The notes under the pieces: generated by a model
The model's database searches: none
Seen by the model: the letters and a program-made list of their open reading frames with translations, nothing else
What the model was told of the DNA's origin: nothing
Shown here: piece by piece, positions 19,372 through 31,126 of the stretch
Numbering within the stretch: the stretch's first letter is position 1
Layout: every line of letters begins with the position of its first letter
Translations under genes and position numbers: made by a program
Assembly: GCA_041398725.1 (NCBI GenBank)
Contig: JAWKUE010000003.1
Location: 339,263-403,262 of the forward strand
Direction: 5' to 3'
Length of the DNA stretch: 64,000 nt
Origin: Planctomycetaceae bacterium
Lineage (GTDB): Bacteria; Planctomycetota; Planctomycetia; Planctomycetales; Planctomycetaceae

Positions 19372-19851
19372 TCAAAGCCCGGCGTCATTCGTCGGGCTTT
19401 GTCGCGCGCGGAGCTTTGTCAGCAGTCGATCGAGTTGGTTCGCAAAATCCTGTTTGTTGCGAGCGCTGTAAGCGGCCGGGCCACCGGTTTCCATTCCGGA
19501 ACCTCGCAACTCGTCCATCAGATTTCGTGCGGCCAGTCGAGAACCCACATTGTCCGCATTCAGTTCTTCGCCTCGCGGGTCGAGCACAACGGCCCCCCGT
19601 GCAACAGCATTGGCCGCCAGCGGAATATCGGCCGAGATCACAAGGTCTCCCGGATTCAGGAGTTCCACAATGCGACGATCAGCGACGTCAGCCCCCGCTC
19701 TGACCAGTTCAAACTGAATCAGATTCGACCTGGGAACCCACATCATTTGATTGGCGACAAGTGTCACGCGAATCTGCAGACGTTTGCTGACTTTATACAG
19801 AACCTCTTTTGCATCGACGGGACAGGCGTCCGCGTCTACCCAGATCTGCAT
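19372..19851 (-). CDS. yaiI: YaiI/YqxD family protein (UPF0178/DUF188)
   Basis: MQIWVDADACP..VTLVANQ..GADVADRRIVE..GDLVISADIPLAA closely parallels E. coli YaiI. Confidence 0.85.
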   Translation of the reverse strand: MQIWVDADACPVDAKEVLYKVSKRLQIRVTLVANQMMWVPRSNLIQFELVRAGADVADRRIVELLNPGDLVISADIPLAANAVARGAVVLDPRGEELNADNVGSRLAARNLMDELRGSGMETGGPAAYSARNKQDFANQLDRLLTKLRARQSPTNDAGL

Positions 19852-20068
19852 GGAACATCGGCTTTCTGAATCAAAGCGATTCAATCGGGGGGAACGATGA
19901 AATCAGGAAACGACGGACAGCAGGCACGCGCCAAATTCGTGATGGTACTCGCACTCCCGGAAAAACTGCAAATCAATTGGCGCCGAGGCTGATGATTGGG
20001 ATCATGTGGTTGTCTCCGGTGTGATCTCCGGCGACTCGATCGGCCCGCGGCAGCTTGCAGGACATACC

Positions 20069-23000
20069 ATGAATGAACCTGACCGAACCGTCCCGGAAGA
20101 ATCGCTCAGACAGTTCCGCTCACGTTTTCAGTGTCTTGCGGACAGCCTGCCGATATGTTTACTTCAGAAAGACACAGAAGGTCGACCGACGTTTGCCAAT
20201 CAGGCCTATCTGAGATTTCATGGCCAGACGCTTGAGCAGGTTCTTAACCGCGACGCGTCAGGAGTGTTCCCGCAATCCGACGTCGAACAATTTCGCCTGA
20301 GCGATCTGGATGTGATCCGACGCGGGGAGGAGACCCACGAAACCTGTCGGTTTATTGCAGCGGACGGTCGTGAACGCTGGCTGGAGCGGATTAAAGGGCC
20401 GTTGCGGGATGCGGACGGAGCGATTGTTGGGATTCAGATCCTGTTCTGGGATGTGACAGAGCGACACCAGCAGGACAACAACCACAATCATGAGCGATCG
20501 TTGCTGCACACGCTGCTGGATTCCATCCCGGATTCGATCTATTTTAAGGATCGAGAAAGCCGTTTCACGCGAATTAGTCGCAGCCAGGCTCGCTCATTCG
20601 GGCTGCAGGACCCGGTGGAGGCAATCGGGATGTCGGATGCCGATTTCTTCAGTCCGGAACATGCGGCTCGAGCCCGCGCTGATGAACTCAGAATTATGCA
20701 GACCGGCGAAGGCATCATCGGGCAACTCGAAAAACAGGCGCGTCCCGGAAAGCCGACCCGGCTTTGTTCCACGACAAAAATGCCGCTCAGGGACGACACC
20801 GGGCAGATCATTGGTACATTCGGAATTTCCCGCGACATAACATCGTATCTGCAGGCTGAAGAGGCGCTGAATCAGGAACGAGATCGCCTGCAGACGCTTA
20901 TGAATCATTTGCCGGACGTGATTTTCATTAAGGATACGGCCGGTCGGTTTTTGATGGCGAATCCGGCACTTGTCAAGATGTACGGAGCGACGACTCCCGA
21001 GGACCTAATCGGGCGCCGGGACGAAGACTTTATCCCGCAGTCACTTGCCGATCACTTCGTTGAAGACGATCGCCAGGTGATGGAATCCGGAGTTCCCCTG
21101 GTTGATCGGGAAGAATCGAACATTGATGCCGAAGGGAATCCGCTTTGGATGCTGACCAGCAAAATCCCCTTGCGGGATTCTGACGGTAAGCTGATGGGAC
21201 TGGTGGGCATTGGTCGCAACATCACACGTCAGAAAGTGGCCGAACAGCAGGCACGCCGCCAGGCAATGGAAGCCGGACTGCTGCATCGATCCACCACGCT
21301 GGCGCGGGAGACTGATTCGCTGGAGACTCTGCTCAAAGGCTGCATCGGAATTGTCTGTGAGCTGACGTCGTGGTCGATCGGGCATGCGTATCTTCCGCGG
21401 GATGCGGATGGAAATCCGGAACTCGTTCCTACGGGTATCTGGAATTCAGATAACAAACATTCGCTGACCGAACTTCAGAGCGTGACGCAGGAGCATTGGG
21501 TGCGGGACGGTGTTGATATCCCGTCGCTGATTCTTAAGACGAAAAGCCCACAATGGATCAGTAACGTGGATGCAGAAATCCAGGGACACCGCCTGGAGGC
21601 ACTCAGGCATCTTGGAGTTCGCAGTGCCTGCGGATTTCCGGTTGTCATTCGGAACGAACTGGTCGCTGTCCTGGAGTTCTTTGCTTTTGAACGAATGGAC
21701 CGGGATGACGCTCTGCTCGGAATCCTGCGAAGTGTGGGCGAACAGATCGGGCGGGCCATTGAACGGCGTCGTGCCGAAGAAGCGTTACATGCGGCCTGGG
21801 GCGCAGCGAACGCCGCCAATCAGGCGAAAAGTGACTTTCTGGCCAACGTCAGTCATGAAATCCGGACACCGATGAACGGGATTATCGGGATGACTGAACT
21901 GCTGCTGGATACAGAACTAACGCCGGTTCAGCATGAATACCTTAAGGTAGTACAGTTGTCGGGAGAGTCGCTGCTGGAATTGATTAACGACATTCTGGAT
22001 TTTTCGAAAATTGAAGCTGGCCGGATGGAGCTCGACTTAATCCCGTTTGACCTGCGGGATGTGCTGGGCGACACCATGAAGTCACTCAGCCCGCGGGCTC
22101 ACAACAAAGGTCTCGAGATCGCGTTCGCCATAGCGCCCGATATTCCGACCTGCCTGATCGGCGATGCATCGCGCCTGCGTCAGATCGTTGTCAACTTAGT
22201 GGGTAATGCGATCAAATTCACCTCAACCGGCGAAGTCGTACTGACAGCGGAAGCCGGCCAGCGTCTCAATGACCAGCTGATGCTCAATTTTACGGTCTCG
22301 GACACCGGGATCGGGATCCCTGCTGAAAAACTGGATGAAATTTTTAAAGCATTTCATCAGGCGGATACATCCACAACTCGCCGCTTCGGCGGAACCGGCC
22401 TTGGGCTGGCGATTTCACGGCGACTGGTAGAACTGATGGAAGGTGAGATTCACTGTAGCAGCGTGGAGAATCAGGGCAGTGTCTTTCATTTTTCAGCGAG
22501 ATTCAGGATCGGTAGTCAGGACAACTCCAGACAGTCACAGGGCGCCGATGTGATCACGGATGCCCCCGTCCTGATCGTCGATGACAATGCCACCAATCGG
22601 AGAATCCTGTTCAGTATTTTGCATAACTGGGGCATGCAGCCCGTCGTCGCAGAGTCTGCATCTGAGGCGCTGTCGATACTGCGGCAGGCTCAGGCAGGTG
22701 GCCAGCCGTTTCATCTTGTTATCAGCGATGTCAATATGCCGGATGTTGATGGTTTCATGCTCGCGCGACAGATGCGTGATGATGCCGGTCTGCGGCTCAC
22801 TCCGGTCATCATGCTCACCTCCGGTGGTCGTGCAGGGGATGCACTGAAACGCAGAGACTTAATGATTGCTGCCAGCCTGATGAAACCCGTCAAACAGTCT
22901 GAATTGTTCGACGTCATTCTGGGCGTTATCGGTACGGTCAGTCTGCCTGAAAAAAGGATCCAGCCGATCAGCGTGGATCAACCTGATCCTTCAAAACCCC

Positions 23001-23770
23001 TCAAGATTCTTCTGGCTGAAGACAACCTGATGAATCAAAAGCTGGCGACCGGAATTCTTTCAAAACAGGGACATCACATCACGATTGCGAACAATGGTCT
23101 GGAAGCGGTGGAAGCCTGCAGGACAGAATGTTTTGACGTCATCCTGATGGATGTGCAAATGCCGGTCATGGATGGATTTGCGGCGACTGCTGCGATTCGC
23201 ACTTTCGAAGAGAAAGCCGGCGTCCGGACTCCGATCATCGCCATGACCGCGCACGCACTCAAGGGCGATCGAGAACGCTGCCTTGAGGCCGGTATGGATG
23301 AGTATCTTTCGAAACCGATTCGTTCCAGACAACTCACCGAAATTCTGAAATCTGTGGTGCGGGAATGTGTCCAACCCAACACGGCTCCCCTGAGTCACAC
23401 TCCTGAGCCATCTCGGGGCAGCTCGCTGATTGACTGGCGGTCCGCTTTGGAAGGTGTCGATGGTGATCGCGAGCTGCTGAAGAGTGTTGTGGAAGTCTTC
23501 CTCGACGAGTCTCAGCAACTCCTGCAGGAACTGGAACTCGCTGTGCAGAACGGGAACGCGGCGACAGTTCGGGCTCGCGGCCACTCGCTCAAAGGGGCGA
23601 TGCTCGGTGTCGGAGCCTTTTCCACGGCCGATCTCGCTCAGTACGTTGAAACACATGCGGCAGAGCCGATGGAATCACTGCAGACACCACTCAGAAATCT
23701 TCACCTGGAATATCGTCAACTCTCAGCCGAACTGCGTCAATTCCTTAATCAACCGAATGGCACAGAATAG
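20069..23770 (+). CDS. Hybrid sensor histidine kinase (multiple PAS, GAF, HisKA, HATPase, two receiver domains, HPt)
   Basis: It has repeated PAS-like blocks and the H-box SHEIRTPMNGI. The ATPase motifs are NLVGNAIKFT and GGTGLGLAISRRLVELMEG. The receivers are VLIVDDNATN..DVNMPDVDG and ILLAEDNLMN..DVQMPVMDG. The HPt motif is RGHSLKGAMLGVGA. Confidence 0.9.
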   Translation: MNEPDRTVPEESLRQFRSRFQCLADSLPICLLQKDTEGRPTFANQAYLRFHGQTLEQVLNRDASGVFPQSDVEQFRLSDLDVIRRGEETHETCRFIAADGRERWLERIKGPLRDADGAIVGIQILFWDVTERHQQDNNHNHERSLLHTLLDSIPDSIYFKDRESRFTRISRSQARSFGLQDPVEAIGMSDADFFSPEHAARARADELRIMQTGEGIIGQLEKQARPGKPTRLCSTTKMPLRDDTGQIIGTFGISRDITSYLQAEEALNQERDRLQTLMNHLPDVIFIKDTAGRFLMANPALVKMYGATTPEDLIGRRDEDFIPQSLADHFVEDDRQVMESGVPLVDREESNIDAEGNPLWMLTSKIPLRDSDGKLMGLVGIGRNITRQKVAEQQARRQAMEAGLLHRSTTLARETDSLETLLKGCIGIVCELTSWSIGHAYLPRDADGNPELVPTGIWNSDNKHSLTELQSVTQEHWVRDGVDIPSLILKTKSPQWISNVDAEIQGHRLEALRHLGVRSACGFPVVIRNELVAVLEFFAFERMDRDDALLGILRSVGEQIGRAIERRRAEEALHAAWGAANAANQAKSDFLANVSHEIRTPMNGIIGMTELLLDTELTPVQHEYLKVVQLSGESLLELINDILDFSKIEAGRMELDLIPFDLRDVLGDTMKSLSPRAHNKGLEIAFAIAPDIPTCLIGDASRLRQIVVNLVGNAIKFTSTGEVVLTAEAGQRLNDQLMLNFTVSDTGIGIPAEKLDEIFKAFHQADTSTTRRFGGTGLGLAISRRLVELMEGEIHCSSVENQGSVFHFSARFRIGSQDNSRQSQGADVITDAPVLIVDDNATNRRILFSILHNWGMQPVVAESASEALSILRQAQAGGQPFHLVISDVNMPDVDGFMLARQMRDDAGLRLTPVIMLTSGGRAGDALKRRDLMIAASLMKPVKQSELFDVILGVIGTVSLPEKRIQPISVDQPDPSKPLKILLAEDNLMNQKLATGILSKQGHHITIANNGLEAVEACRTECFDVILMDVQMPVMDGFAATAAIRTFEEKAGVRTPIIAMTAHALKGDRERCLEAGMDEYLSKPIRSRQLTEILKSVVRECVQPNTAPLSHTPEPSRGSSLIDWRSALEGVDGDRELLKSVVEVFLDESQQLLQELELAVQNGNAATVRARGHSLKGAMLGVGAFSTADLAQYVETHAAEPMESLQTPLRNLHLEYRQLSAELRQFLNQPNGTE

Positions 23771-23877
23771 AAACAGAACGCGTACCCGTATGGATCGTGA
23801 TTCCGGGAAACCTGCCATCTGCTCCTTCAAAACACTTCCTGCTATCGTCTGGCGCCATGTTCGTTGGGAGGATCCGA

Positions 23878-24365
23878 ATGCCTACGCTTCTTGTTGTTGA
23901 TGATGTTGCGACCGATCGACTCCGAATCGCCGGACTGGCAGCTCGCTGGATGAACAGCACAATCCTGCAGGCTGCCGACGGAGCGACTGCTCTGAGTATG
24001 ATTGAACTTCATCAGCCGGATATCGTGCTCACCGATCTGCACATGCCGGAAATGGATGGGTTGCAACTGGTCGAAGCAATCCGCGATCAACACCCCGGGA
24101 TTCCGGTAATCCTGATGACGGCCGATGGAAGTGAAGAATTGGCGGCTCTTGCCCTGCAAAAGGGCGCTGCCAGCTACGTTCCCAAACGAAATCTGATTCA
24201 ACACCTGGAACGTACGCTGCAGCAGGTTCATGTTACGGCACGCGATGCGAGGATCCAGCCTGAGGTAATGCACCAGATTCAGTCCACGCAGACAGAACTG
24301 ATCCTGTACAACGATCGCAAGCTGATCCGATCCACCGTCGGACTGCTGGTTAATTTCCTGCGTTG
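23878..24365 (+). pseudogene. Response regulator (REC + HATPase_c_2-like) gene, 5' part, interrupted by the mobile element
   Basis: The receiver domain is LLVVDDVATD..VLTDLHMPEMDG..ILMTADG..KGAASYVPK. The ORF ends at a TGA (24364-24366) created at the insertion junction. The 3' part is at 27638-28042. Confidence 0.75.
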
Positions 24366-24385
24366 AACTTAACCGCTTCGTGAGT
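24361..24385. repeat. Left terminal 25-mer of the element (inverted copy at 27568-27592)
   Basis: CGTTGAACTTAACCGCTTCGTGAGT matches the reverse complement of 27568-27592 (CGTTGAACTTTTCCGCTTCGTGAGT) at 23/25. Confidence 0.85.
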
Positions 24386-24439
24386 CGGGATGATTTTCTG
24401 GTGTAGGCGCGATGATGTTTAGAGGGAGCGCACTGGTCG

Positions 24440-24802
24440 ATGACGGCAGAGAGTGAAGCGACATGGATCGGGTACTCGGTGTTTGACACCAGCCAGGAAT
24501 GCTACGAGTACTGTGAGAACGCCTGCTACATTGCTTCGAACACCCAGTCGGCGAAACGTTTTCTGGACACATCCTTTTTTCCTGGTGACTGTGAGATTCA
24601 TTCCGTCTCCTGGGACGACCTGCTGAAAGATTATGGCTGCTCCGGCGGCGAGTATGCCATGGAGGCGGATGTCTTTGCCCGATTCAAGTCGCTGGCTCAG
24701 CAACATGGCGTCAGCTTTGATGCCGAAGTGTTTTACGGGGATGACTCGATCATGGTTGTCGAGATCAATCATCAGTTTTTGATTCGCGGCAATGATGAGT
24801 AG
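24440..24802 (+). CDS. Hypothetical acidic, Cys-rich protein (passenger ORF of the element)
   Basis: This is a 120-aa ATG-initiated ORF inside the element with no recognisable domain. Coding status rests on ORF length only. Confidence 0.45.
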   Translation: MTAESEATWIGYSVFDTSQECYEYCENACYIASNTQSAKRFLDTSFFPGDCEIHSVSWDDLLKDYGCSGGEYAMEADVFARFKSLAQQHGVSFDAEVFYGDDSIMVVEINHQFLIRGNDE

Positions 24803-25065
24803 TTGGTACGTCAGCGACCGACGACTTTTCTTCGTTCATTGCAGCTGAATTCAAACTGCAACCGCCGCTGCCGCGTGTTGCCGTTTTGCAACATATCGAT
24901 TTCATCATCGCAGAGCATCGTCAGTTGACAACTATTTTTGCCAGGGTGGGGTTGTTCTGATTTTAACACTTGCGCCGCCTGCGCCTGTTGTGCATGGTAG
25001 ATCGCGAGTGTCAGCCGTGTTGGTTGATGCCGTTTTCAAACCATTCAGAACAGAAAGTTACTTCC

Positions 25066-26046
<981 letters not shown>

Positions 26047-26057
26047 GAGTCTTTGAA

Positions 26058-27290
26058 TTGCTGCGGCGTTACGCGGCGGACTTTGTGAAACACCATCGTC
26101 CGCAGGCCGTACCGCAGGTGCAGAGCACTTTGGCCAAGCTGGAACTCTGTCGCACGGTCGCCCTGGGCGGTCACCTGTACCGGTGCGATGCGTGCGACAT
26201 TGAGTGCCGAGTCAATAACTCATGCGGCGATCGCCACTGTCCGCAGTGTGCCGGAGCCAAACGTGCCGACTGGCTGGATTCGACGTCGCAACTACTGCTG
26301 CCGGGCATCACCTATTTCCAGGTCGTGTTCACGATCCCTGACAAGCTGTCATCGCTGGCTCTGGGCAATCGCGAAGAGATGTACGATCTGCTGTTTCGCG
26401 CGGCATGGAAGACGCTCAAGGAGGTCATCGCCGACGAACAGCACTTCGAAGCGGCCGCCGCGATGGTGCTGCATACGTGGAATCAGATGCTGGAGGCTCA
26501 TGCCCATTTACACGCGATGGTGCCCGGCGGAGGACCGTCGCTGATCGGTGAACGACGCTGGATCAAAAGCCGTCGTCCGAACGTGAAGCACTGCGACGGA
26601 AACTACCTGTGCGATTCTGAAGAACTCAAATCGACGTTTCGCGAAAACTTCCTGACGGGGCTGCGTCGTCTGCATGCGAGCGGCAAGCTCAAGCTGAACG
26701 GCGAATGGGAATTTCTGCAGAATAAAGTCGCGTTTGACGACTGGCTGAAACCACTGGAATCCATCACGTGGGTCGCGTATATCGAACCGCCACCCTTCGA
26801 AAACTGTCCCCCGGAGCAGATGGCCAAATATCTGGCACGCTATCTCACCGGTGGCCCGATTTCTGATCGCCGCATCGTGTCGCATGAAGATGGTTTTGTG
26901 ACATTTCTTGCGCGAGTCGGCACGAAGATCGGCGGCAGTGATGAGGTCGAACCGATCAAACTTCGCGGTGAAGAATTTGTTCGTCGCTGGTGTTTGCACA
27001 TTCTGCCAAAAGGTTACACAAAGTCACGTCGCTTCGGTGGATACTGGAACTGTCGCCGTGAAAAGTACCTTGCTGAGTGTCGTACGCTACTTGGAGAGAG
27101 TGGTCTCACTGCGTCTGTTGCGTCCGAATCTGCCGCCTCGAGCCTGACACCTCCAGTAACTCCAGAGGACAAAGCGCCTTGCTGTCCGAACTGCCAGGCG
27201 AAGATGTGCTGGATCGGTTTCGTGCCGAAGGAAAGCTGGCGGATCATCATGCACAGCGGACGTCGTCCGCACTGGTATCGAGATGACTGA
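26058..27290 (+). CDS. IS91-family (HUH, Y2) rolling-circle transposase
   Basis: The Zn-binding N-terminal domain is LELCRTVALGGHLYRCDACDIECRVNNSCGDRHCPQC. It also has YFQVVFTIPDKL, the HUH-like HAHLHAMVPGGG and the tyrosine pair YLARYLTGGPIS. There is no ATG or GTG near the conserved N-terminus. TTG 26058 is the nearest candidate start, and the frame is open upstream to 25425. Confidence 0.85.
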   Translation: MLRRYAADFVKHHRPQAVPQVQSTLAKLELCRTVALGGHLYRCDACDIECRVNNSCGDRHCPQCAGAKRADWLDSTSQLLLPGITYFQVVFTIPDKLSSLALGNREEMYDLLFRAAWKTLKEVIADEQHFEAAAAMVLHTWNQMLEAHAHLHAMVPGGGPSLIGERRWIKSRRPNVKHCDGNYLCDSEELKSTFRENFLTGLRRLHASGKLKLNGEWEFLQNKVAFDDWLKPLESITWVAYIEPPPFENCPPEQMAKYLARYLTGGPISDRRIVSHEDGFVTFLARVGTKIGGSDEVEPIKLRGEEFVRRWCLHILPKGYTKSRRFGGYWNCRREKYLAECRTLLGESGLTASVASESAASSLTPPVTPEDKAPCCPNCQAKMCWIGFVPKESWRIIMHSGRRPHWYRDD

Positions 27291-27567
27291 AGCACGTCAC
27301 GACAACATGAGGCATCGTCATTTCGCCGGGCATTTTCGCGCCGGACGATTCTGTTTCAGCTGCGCGTCGCATTGGAATTCGCGCCATTTTCACCGAACAC
27401 TCGCTCACCGGACCTCCGTCGAGCAGTTCCGAGGCGCATACAATCGCTGCGTCTGTATCGACAGGCACGACCACACCTGCCAAAATCCAGGTGACAAGCT
27501 GCCAGCCACCCGATAAACTGTCGGTCATCGCCGAGTGACCTCGATAGATTCTGCAAAGTAGCAGACC

Positions 27568-27632
27568 ACTCACGAAGCGGAAAAGTTCAACGCACGATCT
27601 ATGCGTCGGCTAATCGCCAGCCGCATAGATCG
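27568..27632. repeat. Right subterminal inverted 25-mer plus 11-bp-stem hairpin
   Basis: 27568-27592 is the inverted copy of the left 25-mer. A perfect stem CGATCTATGCG (27595-27605) / CGCATAGATCG (27622-27632) with a 16-nt loop follows, about 5 nt from the junction. Confidence 0.85.
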
Positions 27633-27637
27633 CAATT

Positions 27638-28042
27638 CGTTGCATGCCGCTGGGAGACGAAACCGAGCGAATCAGGACGGGTATTGCGCTCGAAGAAGCC
27701 CTGTTGAATGCTTACTTCCATGGTAATTTCGACGTTAAAAGTGTCGAAGGGGCGACGCCTCAAACCTACGACACAATTGTCGCCAGCCGCGCAGGTGAGC
27801 GGGAATACTGCCTGCGGCGAATCTTCGTCCGAGCAGACGTTTCACGTGCACGCGCCAGTTTTACCATCCGTGATGAAGGCAAAGGATTCGACCCGACACC
27901 ATTCCTGTCATCTCAGACCCCTCTAAACGATCGCCATCGTGGACTTCATCTGATATCCACAATTATGGATGAAGTTGCCTACAACTCGGTCGGGAATGAA
28001 GTGACCATGATTCGCCATGCAATCGGCACACCTGCGGGGTAA
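27638..28042 (+). pseudogene. Response regulator (REC + HATPase_c_2-like) gene, 3' part
   Basis: GDETERIRTGIALEEALLNAYFHGN..FTIRDEGKGFDP..GLHLISTIMDEV resembles RsbW/SpoIIAB-type ATPase domains but lacks the first 40 aa or so. The frame is closed by TAG only 12 nt upstream of 27638. Confidence 0.7.
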
Positions 28043-28236
28043 ATGCCCTGGCGTTGCGGGAAAACCCTCCAGTCGTATGGGGACATGTCCTACGTGGGAA
28101 ATTCCCCTCTGTAAAACATGCAGGCCGCGGATACAACCCTCAACGTCGAACGGCGTTCCGCAGGGTTGCAGCACAATGTTCAGACATTGCAGTTCCTGGA
28201 GAGATTGAATCAGAGCATTGAAGGAGCACGCTCAAC

Positions 28237-28935
28237 ATGCAAACAATCGTGGATCGCCGCCCGGTTTCGCACGAACTTCCACAAAGTCAGACGACAGATG
28301 CGGTGATTGCAGATGATAGTCGTGTCAACGCGGAGTCAATCGCGTGGTGCCTGAAGGCATACGGAGGATTTCGAAATGTCACGGCAGTTTCCAGTTCTCT
28401 GGAACTCCTGCAGACGATTCGCAGTCAGCGGCCGCAGGTCGTTCTGATTGGTGAGCGGCTGATCGTCGCAGGACTGCGGGATGTTTTTACAGACCTCGCC
28501 GTTCGGCTGGGCGAAACTAAAATTGCGGTCTTTGCGGACTCGCTGACCGACCGCCAACTGGACCTCATCGCCAATAATCGTGTCACGGGAATGCTGTCCC
28601 GTAGCGACTCAGTCAAAAAAATCAGCGAACAGCTGAGCCAGGTTGCGGCGGGGACGACGGTGCTTTCGGAACATCTGAATACGCGTCTGCAGTTATCGCG
28701 AGACGGGAGTTTTCGATGCATGGCCAGCGCTCAGATGCAGAAGCTCACTGATCGGCAATGGGACGTCCTGCTCAATATCGCGGAAGGTCGCCGTGTTTCC
28801 GAGGTGGCTGATGCGCTGTCAATTTCGCAAAAAGCCGTGGAAAGTCATAAGTACCGCATTATGCGGGCCATCGGTGCCACCGATCGAGTTGATCTCTGCC
28901 GCTGGGCGATTCGCGAAGGTCTCATCGAAGCCTGA
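28237..28935 (+). CDS. LuxR-family transcription regulator with an atypical receiver-like N-terminal domain
   Basis: The C-terminal HTH is LTDRQWDVLLNIAEGRRVSEVADALSISQKAVESHKYRIMRAIG. The receiver-like region has VVLIGERL where the phospho-acceptor Asp motif is expected. Confidence 0.8.
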   Translation: MQTIVDRRPVSHELPQSQTTDAVIADDSRVNAESIAWCLKAYGGFRNVTAVSSSLELLQTIRSQRPQVVLIGERLIVAGLRDVFTDLAVRLGETKIAVFADSLTDRQLDLIANNRVTGMLSRSDSVKKISEQLSQVAAGTTVLSEHLNTRLQLSRDGSFRCMASAQMQKLTDRQWDVLLNIAEGRRVSEVADALSISQKAVESHKYRIMRAIGATDRVDLCRWAIREGLIEA

Positions 28936-28966
28936 TTTGAAGATATCAAACCAGCGATTCGCGCGT

Positions 28967-30916
28967 TCATCCGCGTTTCGCAGGGGGTGTATACACCGCA
29001 GCGAAGCCAATCTCAGTGGTTAGTTCCTGAGATGCCTCAGAACGCCGTGCTTCGATCCGGATTCCGTAAGGCTGGCGGACGGCAACTTTACAACGGACGG
29101 AGTCATCACTGACCGCCTCACATTCCACTTCCGGCAATCCTGCCAGCGGCGGAGACAGCGGAACGTGGAGATGAGCCCGCTTCTGGCCGACATCAAAAAA
29201 GACGCGGATTGTCCCTTCGATCATTTCCCCGCCATGTTCATCCTTCTGACGTTCCATCTGAATGTCGTTTCGTACCGACGTTCCTGCCGGCGAGGACAGC
29301 AGGGACTCCGTGGTCTCGTCCTGCTCACTTTCTGCTTCGAGTTCCTGTATCCGGCGGTCAAGTTCACGAATGTTGGTTTCTGCAACGCGCGCGGATGAGA
29401 CGGATGCTTGTCGAGTCGGGAGCGATTGAGCATCAGAATCCAACAACGGACGACTTGCCCCAGGTGTTTTGGCCACCGGTGGCGCTGGATCACTCAGCGA
29501 TCTGAACTCAGAGACCGCCGATTTGAGCACATCGTCATAAGTGGCAGCAGAAGCGAGCGGTGCCACCGCGGGAATCGCTCCCAATCCTGACCCCGGGCCG
29601 GTATCAGGCATGCGGGTTGCTGGTCGAGCCGACAATTCCCGGGCGACGGGAGGCACGGGCACCGCGCTGCGGTCAGCGGCCGGCGCCAGAAAGGTGGGAA
29701 CGGGCGGCGGTGATGAAGTCACGGGACGCGAGGCTGGAGGTGTTTGAAATCCCACAGGTTGCGTCGTTCGGCCGCCCGGTTCGGTCAACGGTCGCCGCGC
29801 CACTGGAACAGACGCCGATTTCTCTACCGGTTCCTGCGGAACTGGGACTGCGGTACTGCGGTCCGGGGTCTCAGGAGCGGCTGAGGGAGGCCGATAATTC
29901 GGAGCCCGCGACTCTCGGGGCGCAAAAGCAGAACGAGCGGTCATGGGAGGTCGCGTAAATCCAGAGACGACAGGCTCCACAGGAATCGGTGGCGGCGATT
30001 GAGGTACCGGAGGAGCAATCGCAGGCGAAGACTGATAGCCACGGACCGGCGAGTGCTGCCCTTCCCGAGATTGAGGTAACGCTCGACTCCTGTCAGGCCG
30101 CTGCGAGTCTTCACGGATGTCGCTCTCACGAGGCGAGACATCACGCTGCGTTTCGCGATAAAGAGGTTCGCGCAGCGGCGATTCGCGGAACACTGATTCC
30201 GATCGAGTTTCAGAGCTTCGGGTTCGGCTCTCAGAATAAGTTGACCGACGTGCAGAACCGACCTGACTCATCGATCGCCCCGTCCCATAAAAAGGATCTT
30301 GCCACGGATCCCTTGCAGACCCTTCAGGCGCAGACTTCGGTGGCGCAACCTCAGGACCTGTCAGAGTATAATAACTGCGGGGTACCAGACTCTGCAGGTC
30401 GAGCGTCGGTTCTTCGACATCAAGGACGGAGAGATAACAGTCGGTCAGCGGCTGAAGGTATGATTTACGATCGCGCGGTACGGCAAAGACTTCGGCTGGC
30501 AATGGACTTAGAATGGACAACAATCCGAATACAAAGACGCCAATCGTCAGCCAGCCTCGGAGTGGTGAAGAAGGCGGCATCAGATGATAAGCGATAAAGC
30601 ATGGTGGGATGAGAGTTAAGATCCCGGAAAAAAACAGAGCCGGAGACTCCTCCGCCGATTTTCTTTGCGGAGCAAACAGCAACCAGCCGAAAATGGCCAG
30701 AAACGCCGAGTAGGCAGACAGCAGCAAAGCCGCTGGCTCCCAGGCCTGGATGCGGATGATGTCCTCTTCCTGCCCGTACCACAGCAGCCCGGCCACGATC
30801 ACCAGCGACACCCACGCCATGATCGCGAGCGCACGCCGACCCTGAATTCTGCGGCCATGTGATGTTGTCATAAAAATCGGCCTCCTGCCCGTGGTTGTCA
30901 AAAATTGCTGCGGCAA
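28967..30916 (-). CDS. Hypothetical membrane protein with a long Pro/Ser/Arg-rich low-complexity region
   Basis: It has four predicted N-terminal TM helices, about 300 aa of P/S/R-rich sequence and a structured C-terminal 110 aa or so. The alternative start is 30871. I recognise no family. Confidence 0.6.
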   Translation of the reverse strand: MPQQFLTTTGRRPIFMTTSHGRRIQGRRALAIMAWVSLVIVAGLLWYGQEEDIIRIQAWEPAALLLSAYSAFLAIFGWLLFAPQRKSAEESPALFFSGILTLIPPCFIAYHLMPPSSPLRGWLTIGVFVFGLLSILSPLPAEVFAVPRDRKSYLQPLTDCYLSVLDVEEPTLDLQSLVPRSYYTLTGPEVAPPKSAPEGSARDPWQDPFYGTGRSMSQVGSARRSTYSESRTRSSETRSESVFRESPLREPLYRETQRDVSPRESDIREDSQRPDRSRALPQSREGQHSPVRGYQSSPAIAPPVPQSPPPIPVEPVVSGFTRPPMTARSAFAPRESRAPNYRPPSAAPETPDRSTAVPVPQEPVEKSASVPVARRPLTEPGGRTTQPVGFQTPPASRPVTSSPPPVPTFLAPAADRSAVPVPPVARELSARPATRMPDTGPGSGLGAIPAVAPLASAATYDDVLKSAVSEFRSLSDPAPPVAKTPGASRPLLDSDAQSLPTRQASVSSARVAETNIRELDRRIQELEAESEQDETTESLLSSPAGTSVRNDIQMERQKDEHGGEMIEGTIRVFFDVGQKRAHLHVPLSPPLAGLPEVECEAVSDDSVRCKVAVRQPYGIRIEARRSEASQELTTEIGFAAVYTPPAKRG

Positions 30917-31126
30917 TTTTCCAGACTAAGCAAACCTCCCGGATTAACGCAATCTAATCGGTTTGCCATGAGTTCTGCAAGCCTGAGGCAGCATTGTGAG
31001 TCGGCAATCTCACCGACACTGGCCAGGCAGCAGTGTTGATTGGGACGCAACATCCTATTTCATGGTTCGGTGTGGTTGAGTCAACGTCACACCAGATCGC
31101 GCCCCTTTTTCTATTCAATTCCTGAA

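Noticed and set aside
27247-27573. A 108-aa minus-strand ORF lies in the right end of the IS91-like element.
   Set aside because: It overlaps the transposase 3' end and the subterminal repeat, and its composition is not protein-like. It is most likely a spurious ORF.
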